Source: Klebsiella phage vB_KpM_FBKp24. From it: DNA of 64,000 nucleotides. The notes beneath the pieces are model-generated. The model was not told the DNA's origin. It was given only the letters and a program-made list of their open reading frames with translations, and did not search any database. Both the position numbers and the translations under genes were made by a program. The stretch lies in sequence record MW394391.1, one strand, 5' to 3'. Below are positions 36,070 through 46,152 of the stretch, in pieces; the first letter of the stretch is position 1; each line of letters opens with the position of its first letter.

Positions 36070-37611
36070 TTAGGGTTTAGCAATTACGGAGCGCGTGTTG
36101 ATAAAGATAATGAATTCCGCTAACAGTTGCTTAAAGTTAGGCGGTACCATCATCCCACGATCGCCGTCTTCAATCATGGTACTTTTCTCAGCAATGACGT
36201 CTACGATGTCCCGTTGCCAATAGTTGTTCGCAAATTCATTGTAGAAAGCGTTAACGGCGATTTCTCCTGGTGTCTTCAACGAAGCTTTAGAACGGGCTGT
36301 TCCTAAAGTCGTGTAACGACGATACGGATAGATCTCATTGAAAACGTTTAATTGCTCCTCTTTAATTTGGCCAGCATTAAAGATGGTTTGAATCCGTCCC
36401 TTTTGCGTGGCACCAATTAAATCTGCTAATACAGAAAACCCATTTTGATGCAGATAGACTTGAGCGATCGAAATCAGACCAATCGCACCTGTCCGATCAG
36501 TATGCGGTAACGCACGCGTGACGCTGTGTTGATGCAATGTCACCGCTACCAGCTTTAACTGACATTCAATTGGATTAAAGAACTTACGGGCGTTATTACG
36601 GGAAATGACGGATACTAATAAACCCCGGTCATAATCGTCACCTAAAATACGACTGGCTTTATTACGAAGTTCATGAGCCCAATAATCAAAGGCAATACGC
36701 TCGCCGTCAGATATACTTTCTCTGACTTTGTAGCTCTCAGCCGTAGAAAGATTATCTTCCTCCCCTCCGGAATCTTTAACCATCGTTTTTGGACGTACCT
36801 CGTCTTTACCGCTACGCCCGCCATCACTCGGGAGCTGAGTTTTAATCGCGCTCCACATCTTACTAATCAGATTAACAGTTTCAATCTGGTCATCGTCATC
36901 ATTGTGACTGAGCTGAATCACGGATAAACGACTTACTACCAAATATGCCAGCATCCATTCCGGGATATCGGCAGAACCAATGCCAAAAATAATGTTCTTC
37001 ATACCGGGCGTAGTTCCTGCCACCACGGCATCAACGAATTCTCGAAAACGTTCCATCGGTTGAGATTCCATAATCTCAGTCCGCCGCAATAACTGTAACG
37101 CATAAATTTCTTTATTCGATTCAGCCATCGCCGATTCCATCGCCAAAAACTCAGTCCATACCGGCACCATCGCTTTCAAGGCAATCGACATATACGTCAA
37201 CTGCCGGTAGTCGGGTTCCAAATAAGTCTGTTCTGGCCGATCGTCTTCCAGTAATGTTGTTTTCAAATCGGGCGGTAGGCGAATATCCGAATAATGCCGC
37301 ATCCAGTGCTCAATTAACGCTAACGGAATAAAACGATACAGTTCGATAACGTCTTCGTTCACAAGACGACTTGTAGTATTGAACTCGTAGGCGTTATCGA
37401 GTTTATCCCGGATATTGCGATAAGCAAGGAAAATCTTTTCTTGAACGTCTTCGTCCAAAAAGGCGAAAAAACGATTAATGTCACGAAACGTTGTTTCGTT
37501 CCACGATAATTTTTTCATCTCCCAGAACAAAACGTCGTACGACCCGTGACCCATGCAAAGTACACGTGTTTTTGTTCTTCCGCCTAAACTTTCATCAAAA
37601 TAAAATTGCAT
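36070..37611 (-). CDS. hypothetical protein 513 aa
   Basis: Long ORF with promoter-like motif and terminator upstream. Confidence 0.6.
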   Translation of the reverse strand: MQFYFDESLGGRTKTRVLCMGHGSYDVLFWEMKKLSWNETTFRDINRFFAFLDEDVQEKIFLAYRNIRDKLDNAYEFNTTSRLVNEDVIELYRFIPLALIEHWMRHYSDIRLPPDLKTTLLEDDRPEQTYLEPDYRQLTYMSIALKAMVPVWTEFLAMESAMAESNKEIYALQLLRRTEIMESQPMERFREFVDAVVAGTTPGMKNIIFGIGSADIPEWMLAYLVVSRLSVIQLSHNDDDDQIETVNLISKMWSAIKTQLPSDGGRSGKDEVRPKTMVKDSGGEEDNLSTAESYKVRESISDGERIAFDYWAHELRNKASRILGDDYDRGLLVSVISRNNARKFFNPIECQLKLVAVTLHQHSVTRALPHTDRTGAIGLISIAQVYLHQNGFSVLADLIGATQKGRIQTIFNAGQIKEEQLNVFNEIYPYRRYTTLGTARSKASLKTPGEIAVNAFYNEFANNYWQRDIVDVIAEKSTMIEDGDRGMMVPPNFKQLLAEFIIFINTRSVIAKP

Positions 37612-37645
37612 TCGATTTTTCCTCGGTTGTACTGCCTTCAGTAAG

Positions 37646-37656
37646 GTGATATATAC
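37646..37656 (-). promoter_or_regulatory. promoter-like motif GTGATATATAC
   Basis: Located between the terminator (37673-37698) and the start codon at 37611. Confidence 0.4.
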
Positions 37657-37672
37657 ACGAAAACAAATGGAA

Positions 37673-37698
37673 CCGAGTGAGTCCGCGGACTCACTCGG
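37673..37698 (-). terminator. intrinsic terminator (CCGAGTGAGTCCG/CGGACTCACTCGG palindrome)
   Basis: 13-bp palindromic stem directly after the SSB-like gene's stop. Confidence 0.6.
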
Positions 37699-37713
37699 GT
37701 AACCCTATTTTGT

Positions 37714-38517
37714 TTACCAAGGAACGTCGTTATCGAAGTCGCCTTGCGCTGCAGGCGCTGAGGCCGGAGCAGAAGCCCCGCTGTTGTTATTCCAGCTATT
37801 TTGTTGAGACTGCTGACCACCGCCGTTCCAGTTCCCGCCACCTTGACGTTTCGCAAAGTTTTGTTGGTTCTGTTGTTTGTTACGATCTTTCGCTTCCTGG
37901 AGTTCCTGATCGGACATGTAACCCGCTTTTAGCATAGAGTTGACATGATCCCACCAGATATCGGCGCGTGCGCGAGCGGAAAGCTCAGATACGTAACCGT
38001 TAGTAAGAACTTCACCGGACGCTAAACGCAACTGTGTCATCTTCGGCGGAACAAAATAGAACTTGATATTGTCCCGACCTTTCATACTGAGACCGATAAA
38101 GACACCTTCTTGGTCTTTACCGACAACCACCATCACTTCGGTCTCTGGGCGATCCAGTTTTTTACCGAACATGAAAGTCGACATACTTTCCAGTTTCATA
38201 ATGTTATCGGGTAGGCGTCCCAACGCCGCGTCCTCGATAGCCATGGTGATCATTCTGAATTGACTGATGGTAGGGAAGAAATCGATTTTCCCTTCTCGTC
38301 CCTGTTTACGCAAGTTAACGCCCATTTTGATATCACGGACTTTAACGTGGTTACCGTCAACTTTGTGATAACGGAAATCAACAAAAAGAAACGGTTCTTT
38401 GCCATCGCTGCTTGCAGTAGCGGGTGCACTCAGCCGGCAATCCCAGGCATCCATTGCACGTAACGGACGACCAAGGTCAAAGTTGTTATTGTAAGCCATA
38501 GCTAGCCTTATTTTCAC
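37714..38517 (-). CDS. SSB-like ssDNA-binding protein candidate (Gly/Gln/Asn-rich linker plus acidic C-terminal tip DFDNDVPW)
   Basis: The C-terminus ...QGGGNWNGGGQQSQQNSWNNNSGASAPAAQGDFDNDVPW mimics the bacterial SSB linker and DDDIPF protein-interaction tip. The N-terminal domain is not obviously a canonical OB-fold. Confidence 0.5.
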   Translation of the reverse strand: MKIRLAMAYNNNFDLGRPLRAMDAWDCRLSAPATASSDGKEPFLFVDFRYHKVDGNHVKVRDIKMGVNLRKQGREGKIDFFPTISQFRMITMAIEDAALGRLPDNIMKLESMSTFMFGKKLDRPETEVMVVVGKDQEGVFIGLSMKGRDNIKFYFVPPKMTQLRLASGEVLTNGYVSELSARARADIWWDHVNSMLKAGYMSDQELQEAKDRNKQQNQQNFAKRQGGGNWNGGGQQSQQNSWNNNSGASAPASAPAAQGDFDNDVPW

Positions 38518-38569
38518 GGTTAAGAAAAGGGTTATCGTATTAACTGTCTGACGCGTAAAAACCGAGTCT

Positions 38570-39430
38570 TCAGAGCAGTCGTTTCAAATGCTCAGCGGTG
38601 TAACGGTCGCTCATCCAACCCAGATTTAGTTTGATTTTGTCTGTGGTGGTCATTGTGGTCCATTTAAACCGTTCTGCCAGTTCAAGGACTGCTTCACGAA
38701 CAGCTTTGGGGTAACGCATAAAAAGAATGTTTCGGTCTCCAAAGACCTGAATGGTGAATTCGTTGAAAGGTATCCGCGGATAGAGTTTCCCGTCTGTCAG
38801 TTTAGTGTTCCATTGACTCTTCGATTTAATTGCACCAGAGTAGGATTCGATTAATCGAAGTTGGGTGAACGCGGTGCGCGAGAGTAGATCAACGGGGTAA
38901 TGCGTGAGAATTAAAGCTTTCACAGGTTCGCCTTTTAATTGGGAACCTTTATCGAAGTCTAAATACTGACCAATCGGTCTGCGAAGTACCTCATCAATTA
39001 CATTGTCCATGAGAAAATGATATGTCTTTTGTAACGGCGTTTTAGGTGTAAATAGAATAGCACCAGGGAAACGCCGTAAGAGATCTCCGTACTCTCGATG
39101 GTACAATGTAACTTTGTCCAATTTCCCTTGTCCATATTGCAGGATTTGTTGAAGTTCTTCCTCGAGGGTATCAGCAAATCCCACAACAGTTTCTCGCATA
39201 GTTCGGTTACTTTTATCTTGCCCTAACGCCGAGACTAATGCCTTTCGGTCTTCTCCGTCCAAAGCGTCGTAAATATTACGATACAATGTACGGGTGTTTA
39301 TCCAGAGCCCGCCATAGCGTTTATTAGGCTCCAGCGTTTCCATGGCCAAGCTGGTACCGATGCTGAGCGGGAGTTCCCCTACCGCTCTGCGGGCAAGGAT
39401 ATCATAGACGTTCATGGCAAATTCCCTCAA
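38570..39430 (-). CDS. hypothetical protein 286 aa
   Basis: ORF only. Confidence 0.55.
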   Translation of the reverse strand: MREFAMNVYDILARRAVGELPLSIGTSLAMETLEPNKRYGGLWINTRTLYRNIYDALDGEDRKALVSALGQDKSNRTMRETVVGFADTLEEELQQILQYGQGKLDKVTLYHREYGDLLRRFPGAILFTPKTPLQKTYHFLMDNVIDEVLRRPIGQYLDFDKGSQLKGEPVKALILTHYPVDLLSRTAFTQLRLIESYSGAIKSKSQWNTKLTDGKLYPRIPFNEFTIQVFGDRNILFMRYPKAVREAVLELAERFKWTTMTTTDKIKLNLGWMSDRYTAEHLKRLL

Positions 39431-39654
39431 TTAGGGTCAAGTTTATTTTTCCGATGTTCGACGATCTCGTTAATAATCGCAAGTGTAGTGCGTGAAATGA
39501 GAACGATGAAAAAGGCCACTGTAGTGTGCAATGTAACGTTGTAAGGTCCTGTGTGCAGGAGACTCGCAAAACTGGCCAGAAACCACAGCCCGAACCAAAT
39601 TATGGAAAAACGAATTATCTCTACCGCGATACCCTCAGCCGATTTTTGTAACAT
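39427..39654 (-). CDS. small two-TM membrane protein 75 aa
   Basis: Two hydrophobic segments. Start overlaps the upstream stop. Confidence 0.45.
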   Translation of the reverse strand: MLQKSAEGIAVEIIRFSIIWFGLWFLASFASLLHTGPYNVTLHTTVAFFIVLISRTTLAIINEIVEHRKNKLDPN

Positions 39655-39656
39655 GA

Positions 39657-40778
39657 TTACTCCTCGATCAAGTCTTGTAAAAGTCGTAGTGCGTGGTCAA
39701 TTTTCTCTGATGGGATCTGTTCATTTTCCCAACGTTGTTTGAATAACGGGCTGACGCTCGACGGTGTCAATGCAGTAAACTCATAGCGCTTTTGAGTAAA
39801 AGTACTACCCGTCGTAGTCGCGGTTTTCTTCCCTCGCCGTATCTCGGAAAGCTCTAACGCAGGGAACGTCGACTTAAGAATTTCCATCCACGGTAATACC
39901 GGGTCATCCGCCATAAATTCAATGCGTAAGGCTGACCCTTCAACCAGATCGGTTTGTTGGTCGATAAGGTCGATTATTTCCGGGAAATCCAACCCTATGG
40001 CAGAAATAGTCCGATAAATTTTAGCCTTCGTATTAATTTTTCTTTTGAAATTAATTTCTTTTCCATTCAGAAACGTAATTTCAAGAACACCTTTTGGCTC
40101 CTCTTCTCCGTGCCCTAATCGGTTAAGAGATCCTACCGAAATCCATTTCATAAATCGGCTGTGATTGTGGATATGGCCGGATAGAATAGCCAGCGAGACC
40201 AGATCGCTCCATTTAGCAGCATCGTGTAACGCAGGAGAATGTATCCCGGGTAATTGGTAACTGCATCCGCCGTGTACAATTGCAATGTCGACCTTTTCCA
40301 TCCCTCTGGAGTGAATAAGATCTTTAACTTGTTGATAAGTTAATTCTGCATTATGCGTCCATTCATCAGGGAGATAGAGAATGTTTATATCCCATTCCTC
40401 TAGATACTCAATGCTTAGCGCATCGATATATTTCAACTTACACTCAATCCCTTCTCCGGTGTTAATAAAATCAAAGATTTGACTTTGCTTTCTATCATGG
40501 AGGTTCGTCCCTTCCAATACCCGCAACAAAATATCCCACTTTTTACAGTAACGAAGAAGATGTCGCGCGCCTTCCATGGCGTAGTAAATGTCAGGGTCAT
40601 TGAAACTTACTAAGTGATCGAAGTAATCGCCGGAGACGGTGAGAATGTCTAATTCTGGTTTTTCTTCCATTGGGTAGAGCCTACGGATGTCCGCTAACAT
40701 CCGTGGTGATTTGGTTCGTTTATGGAAGAAGTGAATGTCGCTGATGGCACCAATAGTGAGCTTTTTATCAGTAATCAT
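39657..40778 (-). CDS. SbcD/Mre11-like metallophosphoesterase nuclease
   Basis: Calcineurin-like motifs SDIHF, SGDYFDH, GHIHNH in canonical order. Confidence 0.7.
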   Translation of the reverse strand: MITDKKLTIGAISDIHFFHKRTKSPRMLADIRRLYPMEEKPELDILTVSGDYFDHLVSFNDPDIYYAMEGARHLLRYCKKWDILLRVLEGTNLHDRKQSQIFDFINTGEGIECKLKYIDALSIEYLEEWDINILYLPDEWTHNAELTYQQVKDLIHSRGMEKVDIAIVHGGCSYQLPGIHSPALHDAAKWSDLVSLAILSGHIHNHSRFMKWISVGSLNRLGHGEEEPKGVLEITFLNGKEINFKRKINTKAKIYRTISAIGLDFPEIIDLIDQQTDLVEGSALRIEFMADDPVLPWMEILKSTFPALELSEIRRGKKTATTTGSTFTQKRYEFTALTPSSVSPLFKQRWENEQIPSEKIDHALRLLQDLIEE

Positions 40779-41325
40779 ATTCGTCCGGTTGAATCAGAGA
40801 AGTCGTTGTAGTTGTACTGGCTCCTCCCGGAATAGGTTCGATTGACGTTTGCCCAGGGTAAGGATAGCCGCAATGGACGCGTATTTCATGTAAGCGTCGC
40901 TGCCACATTTCTTTGTCGATGGTATCCAGAGTCAAAGAGGCGTAAATCTTTTCACTCATTGCCTCCCCTTGTTTCCGTAAACGGTTTGTGATCGTTTTTA
41001 TTTCCATGGTAATGGAGAATAACGAATGTTCGCCGCCAGAATATTTAGGCTGAAAATCACCCAGAATAGGCGGGAAAATCCAGTTGATCACCCCTTCTGC
41101 ATTATAAATAAAAACGGGCTTATTTCTTCCGAACGCGATGAGACGCTCCCAGTCGTCTAACGCTTGTTGTTGTACGCTCGCTTCGGTATTAAAAAAGCGC
41201 GGAGCCCAGTTTGTCTCAAATTCTTTCATGCTTATTTTGCTCAGCATATCTGCGGAGTAGTTGATAACGTCGTTGAGATCTCGGGTTAAATCAACTTTAG
41301 TTAATTCAGGCGTTTTTTCAGTCAT
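40768..41325 (-). CDS. hypothetical protein 185 aa
   Basis: ORF only. Confidence 0.5.
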   Translation of the reverse strand: MTEKTPELTKVDLTRDLNDVINYSADMLSKISMKEFETNWAPRFFNTEASVQQQALDDWERLIAFGRNKPVFIYNAEGVINWIFPPILGDFQPKYSGGEHSLFSITMEIKTITNRLRKQGEAMSEKIYASLTLDTIDKEMWQRRLHEIRVHCGYPYPGQTSIEPIPGGASTTTTTSLIQPDEYDY

Positions 41326-41716
41326 TGTCTAAAATCCCCAACACCGCTTTAATGACACCGTTGTAGTATTCGATAATACGAGAGAAGTCATAACTTTTCC
41401 CGTCACGTGTAAATCTAACTTTGAAGATCACCCCAAAGGTATCTTTTGTCTCGTCTATCTCTGGCGTGACTAACACTTTGACGTCTGAAAAATGGGTACT
41501 GAACAATGTAGTATATTTCTCGGTCATTTCAGTACAAAGTGCATTTGGGTCTTCAGAGTACAATTGAATCATTGCGTCGAGTGAAACGATTTGTCCGTTG
41601 TAAATATCCGATTGACTAGACTTTGCCCAAATACTAGACGCGAACAATTCGTCAGCGATGACATAAGGGTTTTTTGTGTATCCGTGCCCATTTAAACTTG
41701 GATGTACTGTAGCCAT
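41318..41716 (-). CDS. hypothetical protein 132 aa
   Basis: ORF only. Confidence 0.5.
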   Translation of the reverse strand: MATVHPSLNGHGYTKNPYVIADELFASSIWAKSSQSDIYNGQIVSLDAMIQLYSEDPNALCTEMTEKYTTLFSTHFSDVKVLVTPEIDETKDTFGVIFKVRFTRDGKSYDFSRIIEYYNGVIKAVLGILDND

Positions 41717-41808
41717 GGTGGTTATTCTCGCTATTTAGGGTCTACAGAAATACAGAATAAATACAAAAAAGAAAAGGGCACACAATGGCCCTTTTCTTTT
41801 ATTTTACT

Positions 41809-42429
41809 TTACAGCTTCTCACCTAAAGGATTGAATGGATCAATTCCTTCATCAATGGTGTCGTTGATAACGTCAAAGGTCGCAATCAATTCCATTTGCT
41901 GTTCCATAGTGAGATGTTCCTCTCCCTCTACGTCACAGGCGCCATAAACGTATTCGCTCCACCATTCACCTTTCTCATTCTTTTCAGCTACGCCGTTTCG
42001 GATTGCTGTCCAGTAAGGATCAGGAGTACCTGGGTCGTTAAACACAAATGCATCACGTTTAGCTCCCCACGCATGAGTAGACTGACGATTCCAAAGAGAT
42101 CGTGTACGTGGACTGCTCAGTAACCAACGACGCATGGCCATAGGCGCCGTTGCCACTTCTTCCGCAGAATCCAAGAACTGAATCACGTTATCGCGATACA
42201 AACCGCGTTTACTCCGATTCAATCTTTTCAGCTGGGTACGTACAGTGTCGTCGTATAACGACGAAATCATCGTTTTCGCTGAATTCAACATCCCTTTCGC
42301 ACGATCAGACAGATTAGAACTGAATCGTTCCAATCTTTCGTAGGACCGCTGGATATCTTCCCTGTCAGGTATTCCGAAAGCTGCAGCTCGAAAGACGGAC
42401 TCTCCGCCGTCGATGATTGCTATTTTCAA
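41809..42429 (-). CDS. hypothetical protein 206 aa
   Basis: ORF only. Start overlaps the upstream stop. Confidence 0.5.
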   Translation of the reverse strand: MKIAIIDGGESVFRAAAFGIPDREDIQRSYERLERFSSNLSDRAKGMLNSAKTMISSLYDDTVRTQLKRLNRSKRGLYRDNVIQFLDSAEEVATAPMAMRRWLLSSPRTRSLWNRQSTHAWGAKRDAFVFNDPGTPDPYWTAIRNGVAEKNEKGEWWSEYVYGACDVEGEEHLTMEQQMELIATFDVINDTIDEGIDPFNPLGEKL

Positions 42430-43880
42430 TGGTGTCTCCCGTATAAGAAATTGTTAATCGTGGAACGCACCGGTTTTCCGATTTCCATGTTGTTATTCAA
42501 ACTCAGAGGTTTATTGAGATCGAAAGTTCCCGTATGCGGAGAAAGCTTACGTATAGCAATAAAGTCCTCACGTGAAAGAATAGGCATCCCGGCCAACTGG
42601 TCCCCATCGAAGTCACAGTTAGGAGCCTTAAGAATCAACAGACTAAGGCCGATTGTGTTATCGTGTGGATCTGTTTTGAACTTTGTTACAAATAGAGATT
42701 GAACCGAACGAAGGTTCAATGTCGGGTTTCGGCCCAGGATTTGTGGTAGGCCACGTTTACCCTGAAGCGTCGTGTATGGCGACCGTTCGATTAAACGATT
42801 GAGCATATCGTGCATATATGGATCATACTGCCCGACACAGTCAATGATAAAGCGCTCGCTTTGCGCCAGAGTTAAACCGTCCCGCATCAACATACCGAGT
42901 AAGTGCGTGTGATACAAGGTTACACCCATACCCCACGGCATGTGCATTTCCTCATAATCGTGAGCACCTGACAAAGAACTTACTACACCACGATAAGTGG
43001 GGCCGGTACGCGAACCGAAGATTTGCTTACGATACCACCCTGGCTTCGATCCCAAAACATTTTTGTCAACAAATTCACGATACGCAATCAACATAGTCAG
43101 TGCTTTGAATGTGTTGTGCTCTCGTGTATTTTGATACCGCGGTTCTTCTTTTCCCACCAAACCATAAATCGCTCTGGCTGCATCAATAACATTGACATAG
43201 CCTTCCGCGCAAAAACGCGTTTTGTTAGAAAGTTCAGTGATAATACTACGCCGTGAGGGTAACGGCAGGTATTGCGAGAACAGCAAATGTCTGTTGTTTC
43301 GCATGAAATCATAAACTTCCGTACGCTTTTGGTCTGGTTTGAAAACCGGCGCCGTCATCAACGTTTCCAGTATCGCATCGAAGTTATCAATGAAATGGTT
43401 ATACCCACGGGGAATTTCCAGTTTCTTGAATCGTTCGTAGATAACGCTATTGCGGTTCTTTGGTTCGTAACGCGTATTACAAAGCCATTCGATAGCGCTG
43501 AAGTCGTCTTGCTTAAAAGCGCGTATCAGCATATCGAGAGCATTAATACGCATAAATGCTCTGACCCCGTATGGGACGCGTATCCATACGCTTGATTCAA
43601 ACCCGCGATCAATCGGCGACATAACCTCGGTGTCACAATGTGGACAAACCGTGTTGGGGGTGTCAGGTTGCGTAGAGGTGTTATACCGGCCAGTGGTCAT
43701 CCCGCATTCGCAGGACGGTAATGTATCAATGACGTCCCCTTCGTACTCCGTCATGGTAAGTTCCCTGACGGGGTCAATCAATTCATACTCATCCGACCGG
43801 ATTTCATTGAGAATAATCGGCGGGCGTTTAAGCCGTTGGATATCTCTGTCGTAGTCAGGTAACGCGTAATAAATGCCCAT
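42426..43880 (-). CDS. multisubunit RNA polymerase beta-prime subunit, N-terminal piece (split rpoC-like)
   Basis: The catalytic Mg-binding motif NADFDGD appears as PNCDFDGDQ near the C-terminus. An N-terminal Cys cluster (CPHCDTEV...) is zinc-finger-like. Confidence 0.75.
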   Translation of the reverse strand: MGIYYALPDYDRDIQRLKRPPIILNEIRSDEYELIDPVRELTMTEYEGDVIDTLPSCECGMTTGRYNTSTQPDTPNTVCPHCDTEVMSPIDRGFESSVWIRVPYGVRAFMRINALDMLIRAFKQDDFSAIEWLCNTRYEPKNRNSVIYERFKKLEIPRGYNHFIDNFDAILETLMTAPVFKPDQKRTEVYDFMRNNRHLLFSQYLPLPSRRSIITELSNKTRFCAEGYVNVIDAARAIYGLVGKEEPRYQNTREHNTFKALTMLIAYREFVDKNVLGSKPGWYRKQIFGSRTGPTYRGVVSSLSGAHDYEEMHMPWGMGVTLYHTHLLGMLMRDGLTLAQSERFIIDCVGQYDPYMHDMLNRLIERSPYTTLQGKRGLPQILGRNPTLNLRSVQSLFVTKFKTDPHDNTIGLSLLILKAPNCDFDGDQLAGMPILSREDFIAIRKLSPHTGTFDLNKPLSLNNNMEIGKPVRSTINNFLYGRHH

Positions 43881-43913
43881 AAATCCCCTCTAAGCATTAA
43901 ACTCAAGACAAAA

Positions 43914-43939
43914 AAAGAAAGGACCGAAGCCCTTTCTTT
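43914..43939 (-). terminator. intrinsic terminator (AAAGAAAGG-ACCGAAG-CCTTTCTTT) after the chimallin-like gene
   Basis: Hairpin plus T-run immediately after the stop of 43965-45866. Confidence 0.6.
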
Positions 43940-43964
43940 TTATTTATATCACCGTACTACTTGA

Positions 43965-45866
43965 TTAACGGCCGAAACCGTAAGAAGCGCGAGAACGCGA
44001 ACGGAAACCACCGCCGTCGTAACCGTTAGACTCGTAGCGGGAAGTGTAACCACGACGAGACGTACGGTTGTCCTGAGAGATACCATCGGCGGTTACGACC
44101 ATACCAGCTTCGGACAGTGCGCGGGTCAGACCAAACAGCCAGTTGGCGTTCAGTTCAATCACGTCAGCACGGTCAGTGATCTGGTATTGACCACCGGTGT
44201 AGTCTTCGATGATTTTCTCGATCTGGTCCATACGGACAGCCAGATCAATGCCATCATCGTTCAGGCAGCGGTCGAAGTCGGCGACAACCTGCGGGGATTT
44301 CAGGCCGAAGTTGGTCAGGATTTCGTAGTAGCCGATTTCACGCAGGTCGCGTTTATGACCCTGTTCGTCAACCCAGGTACCGAGCATCTGCGGCATTTCG
44401 CGGATGATACCGACGTCGTACAGATCGTTGGTGTTCATGATCGCAGAGAAGCGCTTACCGGACACGTTATCTGCCGCATCGATCAGAAGATCGACCGCGT
44501 CTTTACGGTTCGGGTTGCTCATGTCGCAGGCATCCAGCAGCAGGTTCAGCATCGGCGTTACGATAGAGGTGCGCGGCACCTGAATCTGAACGATTTGGCT
44601 GTTTTCGCGGATGACGTTAGACACCAGATCGGCCCACTGGCTGTCGCTCAGAACTTCCGGTAATTTATCGAACTCGCCTTTCAGTTCGTAGGTCAGCGCA
44701 TCCGCAGTACGGAGCGCGCCTTTACCGGCGATCGGACGAAGACCCTGAATCAGTACCGGCTCAGTCATCAGTGCAGAGACCTGCGCCAGAGAGAACATCA
44801 GGTATTCCGGGATCGGGTGACATTTCAGCTCGCTGATAACCAGAGCGGCGCCATAGATACGGGTATCTTGGTCTTCCGGTTTTTTGCTACGGGAAGTGAA
44901 GAAGCTGTTGCTCGGCTCTTCTTCGCCTTTGTAGTACAGATCGACATGGCTAACAATGCCCGCCAGCTGAGTGGACTCACGCTCGGAAAGAACGTTAACC
45001 ATACCGCCACGACGTTCGTCACGCGGAGCGACCATCAGATCAACGACGATATCTGCGCGGTGCGGCAGGTCAGTGATGTCGTCAGCGATGTCGCCCTGGT
45101 GGAACGCGATGTTCGCCAGCAGATCGTTGTTTTTCAGGTCCAGTGCTGCAATGCTGAATTCGTTCGTGTTCAGCAGGCCGTTAACCGTATAGATGATCTG
45201 GTTGAATACCGCGCTGGCGATAGTTTCCAGTTCACTGTCGGTCGGTTTATCGTTCAGGATCGGAGAAGCAGCCAGATGCTGTACCGGACCTTTGAACGCC
45301 GGGTTGGACGCTTCGATCAGTGCGTCGAGAGAGTCTTTGTAACCCTCAGCTTCGTACTGGTCGTTTGCCGTAGTGGTGTAACGCACGGTCAGATCGCGGC
45401 TAACGGTTACGGCCTGTTTCGGCATGACGGTATTACCAACGAAGATTACGGTAGAAGCGAACACTTCACCGGTATCTTTCATGCGCGCTGCAATAACGGC
45501 CGCGTCCAGTTTCATCTGGGTTTCTTTGCCGATGGCCGGGGTTACGGTCCATTCTACCGCGCCGTTCAGGCTCAGGGCGGCGGCGTGTTGTTTCTGAATT
45601 TCTTTCGCCAGTTCGACGAATTTTGCTACGTCGCCTGCCGCAGAATTGAGAGACAGTACCGGCGCGTCTTTACGGAAGTTATAAGTAGAATTCACTTTTC
45701 TCTCCTGAGTGTTGGAAGAATCTTGGTTGGTGGTAGAACGGTTATAAGTACGGCGACGCTGATTCTGATCGCTACCGGCAGATTCGTTACCTGCGGTGTT
45801 ACGCGCTTCAGCTGCTTCAACAACGGTGTCTTTTTCTTGGTTGTGATCGTCATCACGTAAAGCCAT
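43965..45866 (-). CDS. chmA: probable chimallin (ChmA) phage-nucleus shell protein, 633 aa
   Basis: About 70 kDa size typical of ChmA. Disordered N-terminal ~60 aa, strongly optimised codon usage (very high expression), strong SD (GGAG), the early-type promoter motif upstream, and PhuZ plus split msRNAP genes nearby. Assigned by context, not by a remembered alignment. Confidence 0.6.
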   Translation of the reverse strand: MALRDDDHNQEKDTVVEAAEARNTAGNESAGSDQNQRRRTYNRSTTNQDSSNTQERKVNSTYNFRKDAPVLSLNSAAGDVAKFVELAKEIQKQHAAALSLNGAVEWTVTPAIGKETQMKLDAAVIAARMKDTGEVFASTVIFVGNTVMPKQAVTVSRDLTVRYTTTANDQYEAEGYKDSLDALIEASNPAFKGPVQHLAASPILNDKPTDSELETIASAVFNQIIYTVNGLLNTNEFSIAALDLKNNDLLANIAFHQGDIADDITDLPHRADIVVDLMVAPRDERRGGMVNVLSERESTQLAGIVSHVDLYYKGEEEPSNSFFTSRSKKPEDQDTRIYGAALVISELKCHPIPEYLMFSLAQVSALMTEPVLIQGLRPIAGKGALRTADALTYELKGEFDKLPEVLSDSQWADLVSNVIRENSQIVQIQVPRTSIVTPMLNLLLDACDMSNPNRKDAVDLLIDAADNVSGKRFSAIMNTNDLYDVGIIREMPQMLGTWVDEQGHKRDLREIGYYEILTNFGLKSPQVVADFDRCLNDDGIDLAVRMDQIEKIIEDYTGGQYQITDRADVIELNANWLFGLTRALSEAGMVVTADGISQDNRTSRRGYTSRYESNGYDGGGFRSRSRASYGFGR

Positions 45867-45939
45867 CTTTAATTCTCCTAGGAGTTTAAATCAATTATAA
45901 TCGCGATTTCCGAAGATACTCATTATCTTCTTCATTATA

Positions 45940-45950
45940 GTGATATAGAC
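45940..45950 (-). promoter_or_regulatory. promoter-like motif GTGATATAGAC about 75 nt upstream of the chmA-like start
   Basis: Conserved motif in the divergent AT-rich region 45867-46152. Confidence 0.45.
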
Positions 45951-46152
45951 GTTAAAAAAGTTTGAAATGGGTTATTTTATCATTGAAGATATAATAAGCC
46001 CTTCTTAGCAGAGAGTTCTGTTGAATAATCAACAATAACTTTCTACATATAATAGATTACTACGCCCAGTTGGGCTGTTCCTTCGTTATGAAGGATTTCT
46101 TTCATAGTATAGACTACTAACCTAAAAAAAGATTTTATACCGGAGAACGTCA

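Noticed and set aside
44187-45860. Long plus-strand ORFs (158 and 347 aa) inside the chimallin-like gene
   Set aside because: They are antisense to a strongly codon-optimised gene, and the high GC content keeps the antisense frames open. No RBS and a low-complexity R/V/F-rich composition.
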